A DNA stretch of 39,297 nt. Source: Candidatus Pacearchaeota archaeon. GTDB lineage: Bacteria > Patescibacteriota > Minisyncoccia > Minisyncoccales > GCA-002788555. A program made the position numbers and the translations under genes. The stretch covers positions 1-39,297 of the forward strand of contig DAOSAR010000002.1 of NCBI GenBank assembly GCA_035360455.1, given 5' to 3'. This document shows positions 23,932 through 31,949 of the stretch, in pieces. The stretch's first letter is position 1. The number at the start of each line of letters is the position of its first letter. The notes beneath the pieces are model-generated. The model was given only the letters and a program-made list of their open reading frames with translations. It was not told the DNA's origin and did not search any database.

Positions 23932-25245
23932 TTATTGAGGATCTGGTCCTGGTCCTCCGCTATCGGAGCTTCCAGAACTACCCGAACTGCCTGATCCTGA
24001 ACCTGAACTTGAACTTCCACCGTCTGATCCACTTGAACTTCCACCGTCTGATCCACTTGAACTTCCCGAGTCACCATTATCTGATTCTCCACCTGAAGAA
24101 CATGATTGTGATCCTGGTGGAGAAGAAGGAGATGGAGGAGAAGATGTTCCTCCTGGGCCACCCGAATCTGAATTACTGCTGCTTGAACCGCTTGATCCAG
24201 CATGATCTGATCCGCTATTAAGATAAAATGATTGAGCTTTTAAAGCTGAAAGAACTTTTATAGGGTTTCCGCAATACATCAGTATTCGTGGCGTTCCAAT
24301 CAGATCTGTTAAGACTTTTTCATCTCTGGATAAATATTGTTGAAATACACAATATTCTCCATTACGTAAGCCTGCGCTCAAAACAAATGTTCCTTTTGGT
24401 AGGATCTTAACTAGTTTTTCATCTCTTTGAGTATCTTCAACTATTTTTTCAAAAATCATGAAGGATTCAACATTATTTAAGCTCAATCCGCTGATATCCT
24501 TTAAGGGTTTTTCGTATTCAGGGTGAGATTTTATATATTCAAAAACATCTTTCCAGCATTCAACTCCTCCTCCAATCATAGCTTCAATCTCTAAAGACGT
24601 TCCTACTTTTTTTGTTTTTTCTTTCGCCGGTGGCAACGTTATTGGCGTTGCTGCTGCTGTTGTTGTTGTTGTTGTTGTTGATTCAACCGGTATTGGTGGT
24701 GTTGACTTTGACAGAGTTGATTTTTCTTTTGGTTTTGGTTTTGGCTTAGGGGTTTCTACCCGACAAGGATTCCCGCAATCTGTTAAAACCCTAGGAATGC
24801 CATTCGTATCTGCCAGTGCTATTCTTGCTTTTGGTAAAGACTGTTTAATTGAATAGTACTTGCCGTTTTTCTGACCAGTGTTGATTAAAAAGGTTCCCTT
24901 TGGAACGACCATTTTCAGGCTAAGTCCTTTTTTCTCAAGAACAGCAAGAGAGTGGACTGTTTCAAAGTCTAAACCAGTTATCTCTTTCATAAGGCGAGCG
25001 TAATCGGGATCATTTTCCATTTTAGTAAGAACTTCTTGCCAAGATGAAAGACCATTAGGAACAACTCCATTATTTCGTTCTGTTCGTTGCGTAATTTGTT
25101 GGGGAACTGGTTGCTGTGTGGATTGTTGTGATGCTTGTTCCGGTTGGACCATTTGCTCTTGTTGCCGTTCTTCCTTTTGATTTAGCCAGCCAAAGAGCCA
25201 AAAAACTAATACAAGGATAGCTACGAAACTCACAATTTTTTTCAC
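23932..25245 (-). CDS. Membrane-anchored or secreted protein with two repeats of about 95 aa, a poly-Thr linker and a long Ser/Gly-rich tail
   Basis: GTG start preceded by GGGGGGTG. There is an N-terminal TM helix and a Q-rich region. The repeats share the pattern ...PDYARLMKEITGLDFETVHS...PKGTFLINTGQKNGKYY...GIPRVLTDCGNP / ...PEYEKPLKDISGLSLNNVES...PKGTFVLSAGLRNGEYC...GTPRILMYCGNP. The tail reads GSSSGSDGGSSSGSDGG... Confidence 0.75.
   Translation of the reverse strand: MKKIVSFVAILVLVFWLFGWLNQKEERQQEQMVQPEQASQQSTQQPVPQQITQRTERNNGVVPNGLSSWQEVLTKMENDPDYARLMKEITGLDFETVHSLAVLEKKGLSLKMVVPKGTFLINTGQKNGKYYSIKQSLPKARIALADTNGIPRVLTDCGNPCRVETPKPKPKPKEKSTLSKSTPPIPVESTTTTTTTAAATPITLPPAKEKTKKVGTSLEIEAMIGGGVECWKDVFEYIKSHPEYEKPLKDISGLSLNNVESFMIFEKIVEDTQRDEKLVKILPKGTFVLSAGLRNGEYCVFQQYLSRDEKVLTDLIGTPRILMYCGNPIKVLSALKAQSFYLNSGSDHAGSSGSSSSNSDSGGPGGTSSPPSPSSPPGSQSCSSGGESDNGDSGSSSGSDGGSSSGSDGGSSSSGSGSGSSGSSGSSDSGGPGPDPQ
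24008..24066. repeat. 24-bp tandem repeat, about 2.5 copies, inside the S/G-rich tail
   Basis: cttgaacttccaccgtctgatcca occurs at 24008-24031 and 24032-24055, followed by a partial third copy. Confidence 0.85.
24659..24679. repeat. (GTT)7 trinucleotide repeat preceded by a short GCT-triplet run, encoding poly-Thr/Ala on the minus strand
   Basis: Direct reading of gctgctgctgttgttgttgttgttgttgttg. Confidence 0.85.
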
Positions 25246-25284
25246 TTTCTTACACCCCCCTTTAAATTTAAAAGAACTGTCTAT

Positions 25285-25313
25285 ACTATAATAAAAATTT
25301 TTCCATTTGTCAA
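25285..25313 (-). promoter_or_regulatory. Promoter for the S/G-rich protein gene
   Basis: Minus strand reads TTGACA (plus 25308-25313), a 17-nt spacer, then TATAGT (plus 25285-25290). Confidence 0.55.
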
Positions 25314-25324
25314 GTTTATTTGAT

Positions 25325-25353
25325 TTGACAACAATATTTAAGAATGTTATAAT
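25325..25353 (+). promoter_or_regulatory. Consensus promoter for the methyltransferase-sortase fusion gene
   Basis: TTGACA at 25325-25330, a 17-nt spacer, then TATAAT at 25348-25353. It is divergent from, and almost back to back with, the minus-strand promoter. Confidence 0.6.
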
Positions 25354-25372
25354 ATAACAATTTTAATCTTCT

Positions 25373-26635
25373 ATGCTTGCAGATTTAAAGATAAAAATTG
25401 AAAAAATTGCATATGAAAACAAACTTTTTTGGGAAGAAGCGTTAAAAGCAATCATTTCTCAGATTGTTTGTTTTGCTTTTTTCTTTTTTCTTGAGAAAAA
25501 TCTTAATATTCCATTAATTAATTTTTCTCAAAATATAATTTTCATTATTTCCGGTATCTTACTTTTTCTTTTTTTGCTTGTAACTGCTTTTAGTTTAAAA
25601 GAACTTCATCCTTCTTATATTTTTATTTTTGAAACACAATTTAAAAACAAAGGAATCTATTCCTTTGTAAGGCATCCATTTTATGCTGCTATTATCTTCT
25701 TTCTAAATCCAGCAATTGCTTTTTTATTAAGGTCAGCTGGCCTTCTTTTTGCTTGCTTTTTGAGCTATTTTATTTGGAAAAAACAGTCTGAGAAAGAAGA
25801 AGAAGAAATGATAAAAAAGATAGGAGATGAATATAGGAATTATCAAATAGAAGTTCCCCAAAGATTTTTTCCACCGGTTCTGGAAAATATTTATTTAAAA
25901 AGGAGAGCACTATTTTATATTTTAGCACCTGTTTTAAGTTCGCTAATAATTTTCTTTGCTTTTAATTTATATTTAAGCATGGCCTCAAGCAATATTTCTT
26001 TTAATGAAGAAGAAATTTTTTTAAATTCTTTACCTCAAATAATAAAAATATCTGACGACGTTATTCTTGCTGATGATGTTGTTTTGATGCAAAAACCCAT
26101 TTCTAATTTTTTATCATCACCCGCTGGCCTAGAAACGAATGAAGCTCAAAACTCTCAGGAAACCAACCAACCAGATACTTCTTCTCTAGAAATGACAAAC
26201 GAAGGGATTTATAAGAATCTCTCAGGTGTAATTTCTATTTCAAAGATCAATATTCAAGCTCCAATTATTTTTGTAGGAGATGTAAACTGGGTAAATTATG
26301 ATCATAAATATGGAATTGTTCACTATCCAGATACTGCTCTACCAGGTGAAGAAGGTGCTATTTTGCTTTCAGGACATAGCTCAGCTCCTCCAAATATAAA
26401 AAGTCAATATAATTTTATTTTTTCAGGACTAGATAAACTTGAGGCAGGCGATGAGATTACAATAACCTTTCAGGAAAATACTTATACTTATAAAGTTTTT
26501 AGAAAAGAAATAGTATTGCCTCAAGATTTTAAACTAAGAGAATATAAAGGAAAAGAGACAGTAACCTTACTTTCTTGCTGGCCCGTAGGAACAGCGGCTC
26601 GAAGGATTGTTGTAGAAGCCGAAAGGATAGAATAA
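25373..26635 (+). CDS. Fusion protein: ICMT/PEMT-like membrane methyltransferase domain + TM + linker + sortase catalytic domain
   Basis: The N-terminal multi-TM region carries KGIYSFVRHPFYAAIIFF and EKEEEEMIKKIGDEYRNYQIEVPQRFFP, the ICMT/PEMT hallmark. The C-terminal region carries ISKINIQAPIIF, LPGEEGAILLSGHSS (His), GDEITITFQENTYTYKV, TLLSCWP (Cys) and AARRIVVEA (Arg). Confidence 0.8.
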   Translation: MLADLKIKIEKIAYENKLFWEEALKAIISQIVCFAFFFFLEKNLNIPLINFSQNIIFIISGILLFLFLLVTAFSLKELHPSYIFIFETQFKNKGIYSFVRHPFYAAIIFFLNPAIAFLLRSAGLLFACFLSYFIWKKQSEKEEEEMIKKIGDEYRNYQIEVPQRFFPPVLENIYLKRRALFYILAPVLSSLIIFFAFNLYLSMASSNISFNEEEIFLNSLPQIIKISDDVILADDVVLMQKPISNFLSSPAGLETNEAQNSQETNQPDTSSLEMTNEGIYKNLSGVISISKINIQAPIIFVGDVNWVNYDHKYGIVHYPDTALPGEEGAILLSGHSSAPPNIKSQYNFIFSGLDKLEAGDEITITFQENTYTYKVFRKEIVLPQDFKLREYKGKETVTLLSCWPVGTAARRIVVEAERIE

Positions 26636-26644
26636 AAATTTTAA

Positions 26645-26707
26645 TGACTTTTATTTTTAATATTAAATAAAATATAATAAAACCCTATTAAAGGGTTTTT
26701 AAATAAG
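26645..26707 (+). repeat. Intergenic repeat of about 62 bp, copy 1 (promoter-like box plus hairpin and T-tract)
   Basis: tgacttttatttttaa...atataataaa-ACCCtattaaaGGGT-ttttaaataag. It is roughly 80% similar to 27433..27493. Confidence 0.55.
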
Positions 26708-26905
26708 AAAAATGATATTATTCCCTATAAAGCCAATATTATAAAAAAACTTTACTTTCCTAGTTTTATCTCGAATTTATAGAATAAATTTGCTAAAATA
26801 AATACAGAATATTCATTTATATTATATTTTTCGATTTTTAAAAATCCAACGATAAAATTTAAAGTTTTAAAATAAATTTTTTTATCTTTAATTTAAAAAT
26901 TATTT

Positions 26906-27424
26906 ATGTCTTTTGAAGATTTTTTTCTTTTTTTTCGCTCAGAACTGTGGGAAAATCTCGCATCTATTTTAAACCCCACTAGCATTTTACTTATTGTTTT
27001 TTTTCTTGGGGTGATTATCTGGGCTTTAACAAAAAGTTCCTGGTTAGAAGTGTATATTTTTGCTGACGCTAGAGAGTTTAAAAAAGGATCTCATATTCCT
27101 TTAGAGAAAAAAGCTCAGCAAAATTGGCAAAAAATCAAAAAACGACTTCAATCAACAAAAGAAGCAAATTGGAAATTAGCAGTTATTGAAGGAGAAGAAA
27201 TTGTTGAAGATTTACTTTTAAAAATTGGTTATAAAGCAAAAGATTTTAGGTCAAGATTATTATTAGCGGATGAAGTTAAAATACCAAATCTTAGAGACTT
27301 ATTGGAAGCAGCTGAAATTTATGAAGGAATTCTTAATGACCCTGATTATAAATTATCCCATGAGAACGCAGAGAAAGTTCTAAATAGTTTTGAAGAATTT
27401 TTAAAATATTATCAATATCTATAA
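26906..27424 (+). CDS. Hypothetical single-TM protein
   Basis: 172-aa ORF with an N-terminal TM helix (ILLIVFFLGVIIWAL) and a helical charged C-terminal domain. I recognise no family. Confidence 0.65.
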   Translation: MSFEDFFLFFRSELWENLASILNPTSILLIVFFLGVIIWALTKSSWLEVYIFADAREFKKGSHIPLEKKAQQNWQKIKKRLQSTKEANWKLAVIEGEEIVEDLLLKIGYKAKDFRSRLLLADEVKIPNLRDLLEAAEIYEGILNDPDYKLSHENAEKVLNSFEEFLKYYQYL

Positions 27425-27432
27425 TGTAGGGT

Positions 27433-27493
27433 TGACTTTTATTTTTAAAAAATTAGAATATAATAAACCCCCGATAAGGGGTTTTTAAATAAG
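27433..27493 (+). repeat. Intergenic repeat of about 62 bp, copy 2
   Basis: tgacttttatttttaa...atataataaa-CCCCcgataaGGGG-tttttaaataag. Confidence 0.55.
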
Positions 27494-27541
27494 CAGATTA
27501 CCGACTTACTTAATACTGATTAGCGCTGATTCTGCATCTAT

Positions 27542-27582
27542 CCGCGTATAGAGATCTGCGCTAGTCCGTGTATAGATCTGCG
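27542..27582 (+). repeat. Direct repeat CCG(C/T)GTATAGA(GA)TCTGCG x2 just upstream of secE
   Basis: Copies at 27542-27560 and 27566-27582, separated by ctagt. Confidence 0.6.
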
Positions 27583-27601
27583 TTAATTCGCGTCAAGAGA
27601 T

Positions 27602-27799
27602 ATGAATATTAATAATTTTTTTAAAAAAATTCCTAAATTTTTTTCAGAAGTTAAAGCAGAAATGAAAAAAGTTTCTTGGCCTACACGCGAGGAAACTCTT
27701 AAAAATACTCTAATTGTGATTGGAACCTCAGTGGTCACTGCTATTTTTCTTGGCGGTTTAGATGCTTTTTTCACCTGGATAATGAGTAAAATAATATAG
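27602..27799 (+). CDS. secE: Preprotein translocase subunit SecE
   Basis: 65 aa. KFFSEVKAEMKKVSWPTREETLKNTLIVIGTSVVTAIFLGGLDAFF is the SecE pattern, and the gene is upstream of nusG. Confidence 0.85.
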   Translation: MNINNFFKKIPKFFSEVKAEMKKVSWPTREETLKNTLIVIGTSVVTAIFLGGLDAFFTWIMSKII

Positions 27800-27913
27800 C
27801 TCAATTTTGCTTGGCAAAATTGAGAATTTATAATTTATAATTTTAAATTTACAATTTCTATTATTTTAAAATTAATTTATTGAACATTTAATAAAATTAA
27901 AAATTAACCTATT

Positions 27914-28459
27914 ATGGCACGTCAACAAACACAACAAGGAAGAAACTGGTATGTTCTCCATACTTATTCTGGTTACGAAGAAAGCGTTGCTCGCAATTTA
28001 AAGCAACGTATTGAATCTATGGGAATGGAAGATAAAATTTTTAATGTGATTGTTCCAAAAGAAAAAAAAATAAAAATTAGGAATGGAAAAAGAGAAGTTG
28101 TGGAAGAAAAGATTTACCCTGGTTATGTTTTGGTTGAAATGATTGTGACGGATGATTCCTGGTATGTCGTAAGAAACACTCCAAGGGTTACAGGTTTTAT
28201 TGGAGCTGGTACAACGCCAATTCCTGTTTCAAAAGAAGAGATAGAACGGCTTCAAAAGAGAATGGGTGAAAAAGAACCGGAATATAAGATTGATGTTAAA
28301 GCTGGCGATTTAGTTAAAATCGTTGATGGTCCATTTAAGGATTTTGACGGAAAAGTTTCGAGCGTTGATGAAGAGAGGGGAAAAATTAAAGTTTTAGTAA
28401 ATATGTTTGGCAGAGATACGCCAGTTGAATTAGATTCTTTACAAATAAAAAAAGTGTAA
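27914..28459 (+). CDS. nusG: Transcription termination/antitermination factor NusG
   Basis: NGN domain WYVLHTYSGYEESVARNL and KOW domain GDLVKIVDGPFKDFDGKVSSVDEERGKIKVLVNMFGRDTPVEL. Confidence 0.92.
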   Translation: MARQQTQQGRNWYVLHTYSGYEESVARNLKQRIESMGMEDKIFNVIVPKEKKIKIRNGKREVVEEKIYPGYVLVEMIVTDDSWYVVRNTPRVTGFIGAGTTPIPVSKEEIERLQKRMGEKEPEYKIDVKAGDLVKIVDGPFKDFDGKVSSVDEERGKIKVLVNMFGRDTPVELDSLQIKKV

Positions 28460-28524
28460 TAATCGCTAATCTATGCGAATTTAATTCGCGAATAACGTGA
28501 ATAATTAATGTATATTCTATTATT

Positions 28525-28947
28525 ATGAAAAAGATTATAGCTAATATTAAATTACAAATTCCTGCTGGGAAAGCAAATCCTGCACCCCCGATTGGACCGG
28601 CATTGGGTCAGCACGGACTTCCCATTGCTGAATTTTGCCAGAAATTTAATGAAGCCACTAAAGATAAAGTAGGAGATATTATCCCAGTGGAAATTACAGT
28701 TTTTGAAGACAGAACCTATGAATTTAAATTAAAAACTCCACCCGTTTCTTCACTTTTAAAAAAAGCAGCGGGAATTGAAAAAGGTTCTGGCGAACCAAAT
28801 AAAACAAAAGTAGGAAAAGTTACAGAAGCTCAAATAGAGGAAATTGCTAAAAGAAAAATTGAAGATTTGAATACTGATGATTTGGAGCAAGCAAAAAAAA
28901 TTGTGAAAGGGACTGCAAGATCGATGGGGATTGAAATTAAAAAATAA
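28525..28947 (+). CDS. rplK: 50S ribosomal protein L11
   Basis: [35 protein letters not shown] is the uL11 signature. Confidence 0.93.
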   Translation: MKKIIANIKLQIPAGKANPAPPIGPALGQHGLPIAEFCQKFNEATKDKVGDIIPVEITVFEDRTYEFKLKTPPVSSLLKKAAGIEKGSGEPNKTKVGKVTEAQIEEIAKRKIEDLNTDDLEQAKKIVKGTARSMGIEIKK

Positions 28948-28981
28948 ATTTAAATTAATCTTAATTTATTAAGAATTTTTT

Positions 28982-29923
28982 GTGTTTTCATTATTAGAAA
29001 ATTCCATTCTTAAAACTATTGCTTATTTTGATATTTTTTCTCGCCCCCTTAAAGAAAAAGAAATCCTAGATAATCTTGTAGTTTTACCCCAAAACTTATC
29101 ATCTGCACCTACCTCAGAAATTTCTATTGAATTTATTAAAAAAGAAATAGAAAATAGTCAATATTTGCCAAAATTTATTGAAAAAAAGAATGATTTTTAT
29201 TTTTTAAAAGGAAGAGAGGATATAATAAAAGAACGACAGAAAAGAGAGAAAATTTCTCAAAGAAATTGGCAGAAGTTGGAAAAAATAGCTAAAAAAATTA
29301 ATTTTGCCCCGTTTTTAAAGGGGGTTTTTGTTTCAGGATCGCTAGCGATAAATAATTCTAATGAAAAATCTGATATTGATTTAATGATAATCGCCAAAAA
29401 GGGTAGAATTTTTACAGTAAGATTTTTTCTAATTTCAATTCTTGATTTTATTGGTGAACGTCGAACCGCTCAGAAAAAAGCTGGAAAAATTTGCCTAAAT
29501 CATTATTTAACAGATGATAATTTAGAAATTAATTTTCCTAGTGTTTATAATGCTTATACTTATTTACATTTAAAACCAATCATTAATAGGGGACAAGTTT
29601 TTGAAAATTTCAGGAAAGAAAATGAATGGATGAAAAATTATCTTTTATTTTGGGATAAAAAGTTTAGTTCGCCTTTTAAAATAGAATATAAATCAGATTT
29701 AGCAAAGTTTTTAGAGAAAGTTTTTGGAGGTAATTTTGGCAATAAATTAGAAGAAAAATTAAAGAAAGAGCAACTCAAAAGAAAAGAAAAAAATTATCCA
29801 GAAGGAGTAAAAAATGGGCGAGTAATCTTAAAAGATACTTTAATTGAACTTCATCCAAATTCTCCAGAGAAAAAAATTTTAAAAGAATATCAAAAAAGGC
29901 TCCAAAGATTGAGCCTTTCTTAA
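28982..29923 (+). CDS. Nucleotidyltransferase-fold protein of unknown specificity
   Basis: GTG start. GVFVSGSLAINNSNEKSDIDLMIIAKKG resembles the NTase GS...DxD motif. Confidence 0.55.
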   Translation: MFSLLENSILKTIAYFDIFSRPLKEKEILDNLVVLPQNLSSAPTSEISIEFIKKEIENSQYLPKFIEKKNDFYFLKGREDIIKERQKREKISQRNWQKLEKIAKKINFAPFLKGVFVSGSLAINNSNEKSDIDLMIIAKKGRIFTVRFFLISILDFIGERRTAQKKAGKICLNHYLTDDNLEINFPSVYNAYTYLHLKPIINRGQVFENFRKENEWMKNYLLFWDKKFSSPFKIEYKSDLAKFLEKVFGGNFGNKLEEKLKKEQLKRKEKNYPEGVKNGRVILKDTLIELHPNSPEKKILKEYQKRLQRLSLS

Positions 29924-30322
29924 AAGAGCATTAGTAAGCCGAGTTCTGTCCTATTTCTCATTTTTTAATTTAAAAGTGAGAAATAGTGATAGTCATTTCT
30001 CTAGCTCCATAATTACTTATGGAGTCAAGCTCCCTTTTTAAAGGATGGGATTACATCAGGTAGGGTTTGCCATAGTCAATGTTTCCATTGACTAACTCGC
30101 CTGAGGCGAGACTTTTCACCTTTCTCCCACTTTCAGATGAAAGCGGGGTAGTATAGTCTCTGTGGCACTTTCCCTAGCCTTACGGCCGGTGGGAGTTACC
30201 CACTACCTACTTCTGCCAATTTTGCATTCACTCGCAAAGCTTATGAGCAAAATTGGAGGATGCTCGGACTTTCCTCCCCTCACCTTCGTAAAAGGTGAGG
30301 GGCGACTACCTTACTTGCTCTT
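29924..30322 (-). ncRNA. rnpB: RNase P RNA
   Basis: The minus strand reads AAGAGCAAGTAAGG...CCCCTCACC-ttttacgaa-GGTGAGGGGAGGAAAGTCCGAGCATCC (P3 and the P4 5' strand)...GGAAAGTGCCACAGAGA...GGACAGAACTCGGCTTACTAATGCTCTT (P4 3' strand, with P1 closing). The region of about 400 nt is ORF-free and GC-richer than its surroundings. Confidence 0.88.
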
Positions 30323-30328
30323 TATTTT

Positions 30329-30356
30329 AAAATAACATATTTTACAAAAAAGTCAA
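30329..30356 (-). promoter_or_regulatory. Promoter candidate for rnpB
   Basis: Minus strand reads TTGACT, a 16-nt spacer, then TATTTT, ending about 6 nt before the inferred 5' end. Confidence 0.45.
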
Positions 30357-30397
30357 TATTTAAAATATTTCTTAAAAATGATATAAATACATCTTTT

Positions 30398-31774
30398 ATG
30401 TTTCTATCTTTTTTCGGCGCAACAAAAATAGTTACAGGTTCAAATTATCTTTTAGAAGGAGAAAAAAGAAAAATTTTAATAGATTGTGGTCTTTTCCAAG
30501 GAGAAAAAGAGTTAGAAAAAAAGAATTTAGAAGCTTTTCCTTATAACCCACGAGAAATCGATGCGGTAATTTTAACTCACGCTCATCTTGATCATGTTGG
30601 TCGTCTGCCAAAATTAGTAAAAGATGGATTTAATGGTCCAATTTTTGCAACACCTGCTACCATTGATCTTAGTAAATTAACGTTAGAAGATGAACTTTCT
30701 TTGCAACCTCAAGAAAGCGATTTACCAAAAGGAGAGAAACCACTTTTTTCAAAAGATGATCTTGAAAAAACTTTTACTCTTTTTAAACCAATAGAATATC
30801 ACCAAAAAATTGATATTTTCCCTGGAATTTCTTTTAAATTACTTGATGCTGGTCATATTTTAGGCTCGGCAATTATTGAAATTTTTGCCGAAGGTAAAAA
30901 AATTGTTTTTTCTGGAGATTTAGGCAATTCTCCAACTCCACTTTTGAGAGCAACTGAGTTTCCCTCATCAGGTGATTATATTTTAATTGAATCTACTTAC
31001 GGAGATAAAACTCATCCAGATCTTTTAAAAAGAAAAGATTTATTAGAAGATACCATTGAGGAGGTAGTAGGAAGAAAAGGGGTTTTAATGATTCCAGCTT
31101 TTGCCATTGAAAGAACTCAAGAGCTTTTATATGAATTAAATGAATTAGTTGAAAATCATCGTATTCCAGAAACATTAATTTTTGTAGATAGCCCTCTTGC
31201 TATTCGATCAATCGATGTCTATAAAAAATACGAAAGATATTATAACAAGGAAGCATCTTATCTTTTAAGATCAGGAGATAAAATTTTTAATTTTCCTCGT
31301 CTTGTTTTTACTGAGAGTGTTCAGCAATCGAAAAGAATAAACAACACTCCTCCGCCAAAAGTAATTATTGCTGGTTCAGGAATGTCAACTGGCGGAAGGA
31401 TTCTCTATCACGAACAAAGATATTTACCTGATCCCCAAAATTGTCTACTTTTGATTTGTTATCAAGTAGAAGGAACAAGGGGAAGGCAAATTCAGGAAGG
31501 AGCAAAAGAAATTGAAATATTTGGCGAAATGATTCCTGTCAGAGCGGAAATAAAATCAATCCAAGGTTATTCTGCTCATGCCGATAAAGAAGGCCTATTT
31601 CGCTGGCTTTATCATATTAAAAGCAGTGCTTTTTTAGAGGGTGAACATATGGTGAAAAAAGTTTTTGTTGTCCATGGCGAAGAAAAACCTGCTGAAGCAA
31701 TAAGTCAATTAATAAAAGACCAGTTAGGAATAGAAGCAAGAATTCCAAAATATGGCGAAAGAATTAAGCTTTAA
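30398..31774 (+). CDS. MBL-fold beta-CASP family metallo-hydrolase (RNA-processing nuclease type)
   Basis: ILTHAHLDHVGRLPKLV, DAGHILGSA, ESTYGDK, and the C-terminal GYSAHAD and VHGE motifs. Confidence 0.85.
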   Translation: MFLSFFGATKIVTGSNYLLEGEKRKILIDCGLFQGEKELEKKNLEAFPYNPREIDAVILTHAHLDHVGRLPKLVKDGFNGPIFATPATIDLSKLTLEDELSLQPQESDLPKGEKPLFSKDDLEKTFTLFKPIEYHQKIDIFPGISFKLLDAGHILGSAIIEIFAEGKKIVFSGDLGNSPTPLLRATEFPSSGDYILIESTYGDKTHPDLLKRKDLLEDTIEEVVGRKGVLMIPAFAIERTQELLYELNELVENHRIPETLIFVDSPLAIRSIDVYKKYERYYNKEASYLLRSGDKIFNFPRLVFTESVQQSKRINNTPPPKVIIAGSGMSTGGRILYHEQRYLPDPQNCLLLICYQVEGTRGRQIQEGAKEIEIFGEMIPVRAEIKSIQGYSAHADKEGLFRWLYHIKSSAFLEGEHMVKKVFVVHGEEKPAEAISQLIKDQLGIEARIPKYGERIKL

Positions 31775-31811
31775 AATAAGAGATAGCTTTATTATGAAAT
31801 TTAATCCATCT

Positions 31812-31884
31812 TGCCGGAGTAACTCAGTGGCAGAGTAGCTGTTTCGTAAACAGCAAGTCGTGGGTTCAACTCCCACCTCCGGCT
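31812..31884 (+). tRNA. tRNA-Thr (anticodon CGU) with an irregular T arm
   Basis: Acceptor GCCGGAG/CTCCGGC, D arm ACTC..GAGT, anticodon stem GCTGT/ACAGC with loop TTCGTAA. The T arm GT(T)GGG-TTCAACT-CCCAC needs a bulged U or a 6-nt variable loop. Confidence 0.8.
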
Positions 31885-31911
31885 TAATAAAAGATTGATT
31901 TTTTTCTTAAA

Positions 31912-31940
31912 TTGACTTAAATTGAAAAATTTAGTATATT
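31912..31940 (+). promoter_or_regulatory. Promoter candidate for prfB, implying a near-leaderless mRNA
   Basis: TTGACT at 31912-31917, a 17-nt spacer, then TATATT at 31935-31940. The ATG is at 31950 and I see no SD sequence. Confidence 0.5.
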
Positions 31941-31949
31941 AAAAAACAT

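Noticed and set aside
23928-24221. ORFs 23928..24203(-) and 24009..24221(+) in the S/G-rich tail region
   Set aside because: They are alternative frames of a repetitive low-complexity region. The frame continuous with the N-terminal domains is the credible one.
27494-27601. tRNA-Trp or rpmG, which often precede secE
   Set aside because: There is no cloverleaf, no GTTCGAAT-type T loop and no ORF. The region holds only short direct and inverted repeats.
27583-27804. ORF 27583..27804(-) opposite secE
   Set aside because: The plus-strand product is a recognisable SecE in its canonical position upstream of nusG.
30287-30313. Shared CCCCTCACC...GGTGAGGGG hairpin in rnpB P3 and the rpsF-ssb spacer as proof of common origin
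   Set aside because: A 9-bp identical stem is suggestive but short. I kept it only as a note inside the spacer finding, not as a separate claim.
31885-31949. Programmed +1 frameshift site or an upstream first exon for prfB
   Set aside because: Only 65 nt separate tRNA-Thr from the ATG, and a promoter-like TTGACT-17-TATATT occupies them. There is no upstream ORF and no CUU-UGA motif.
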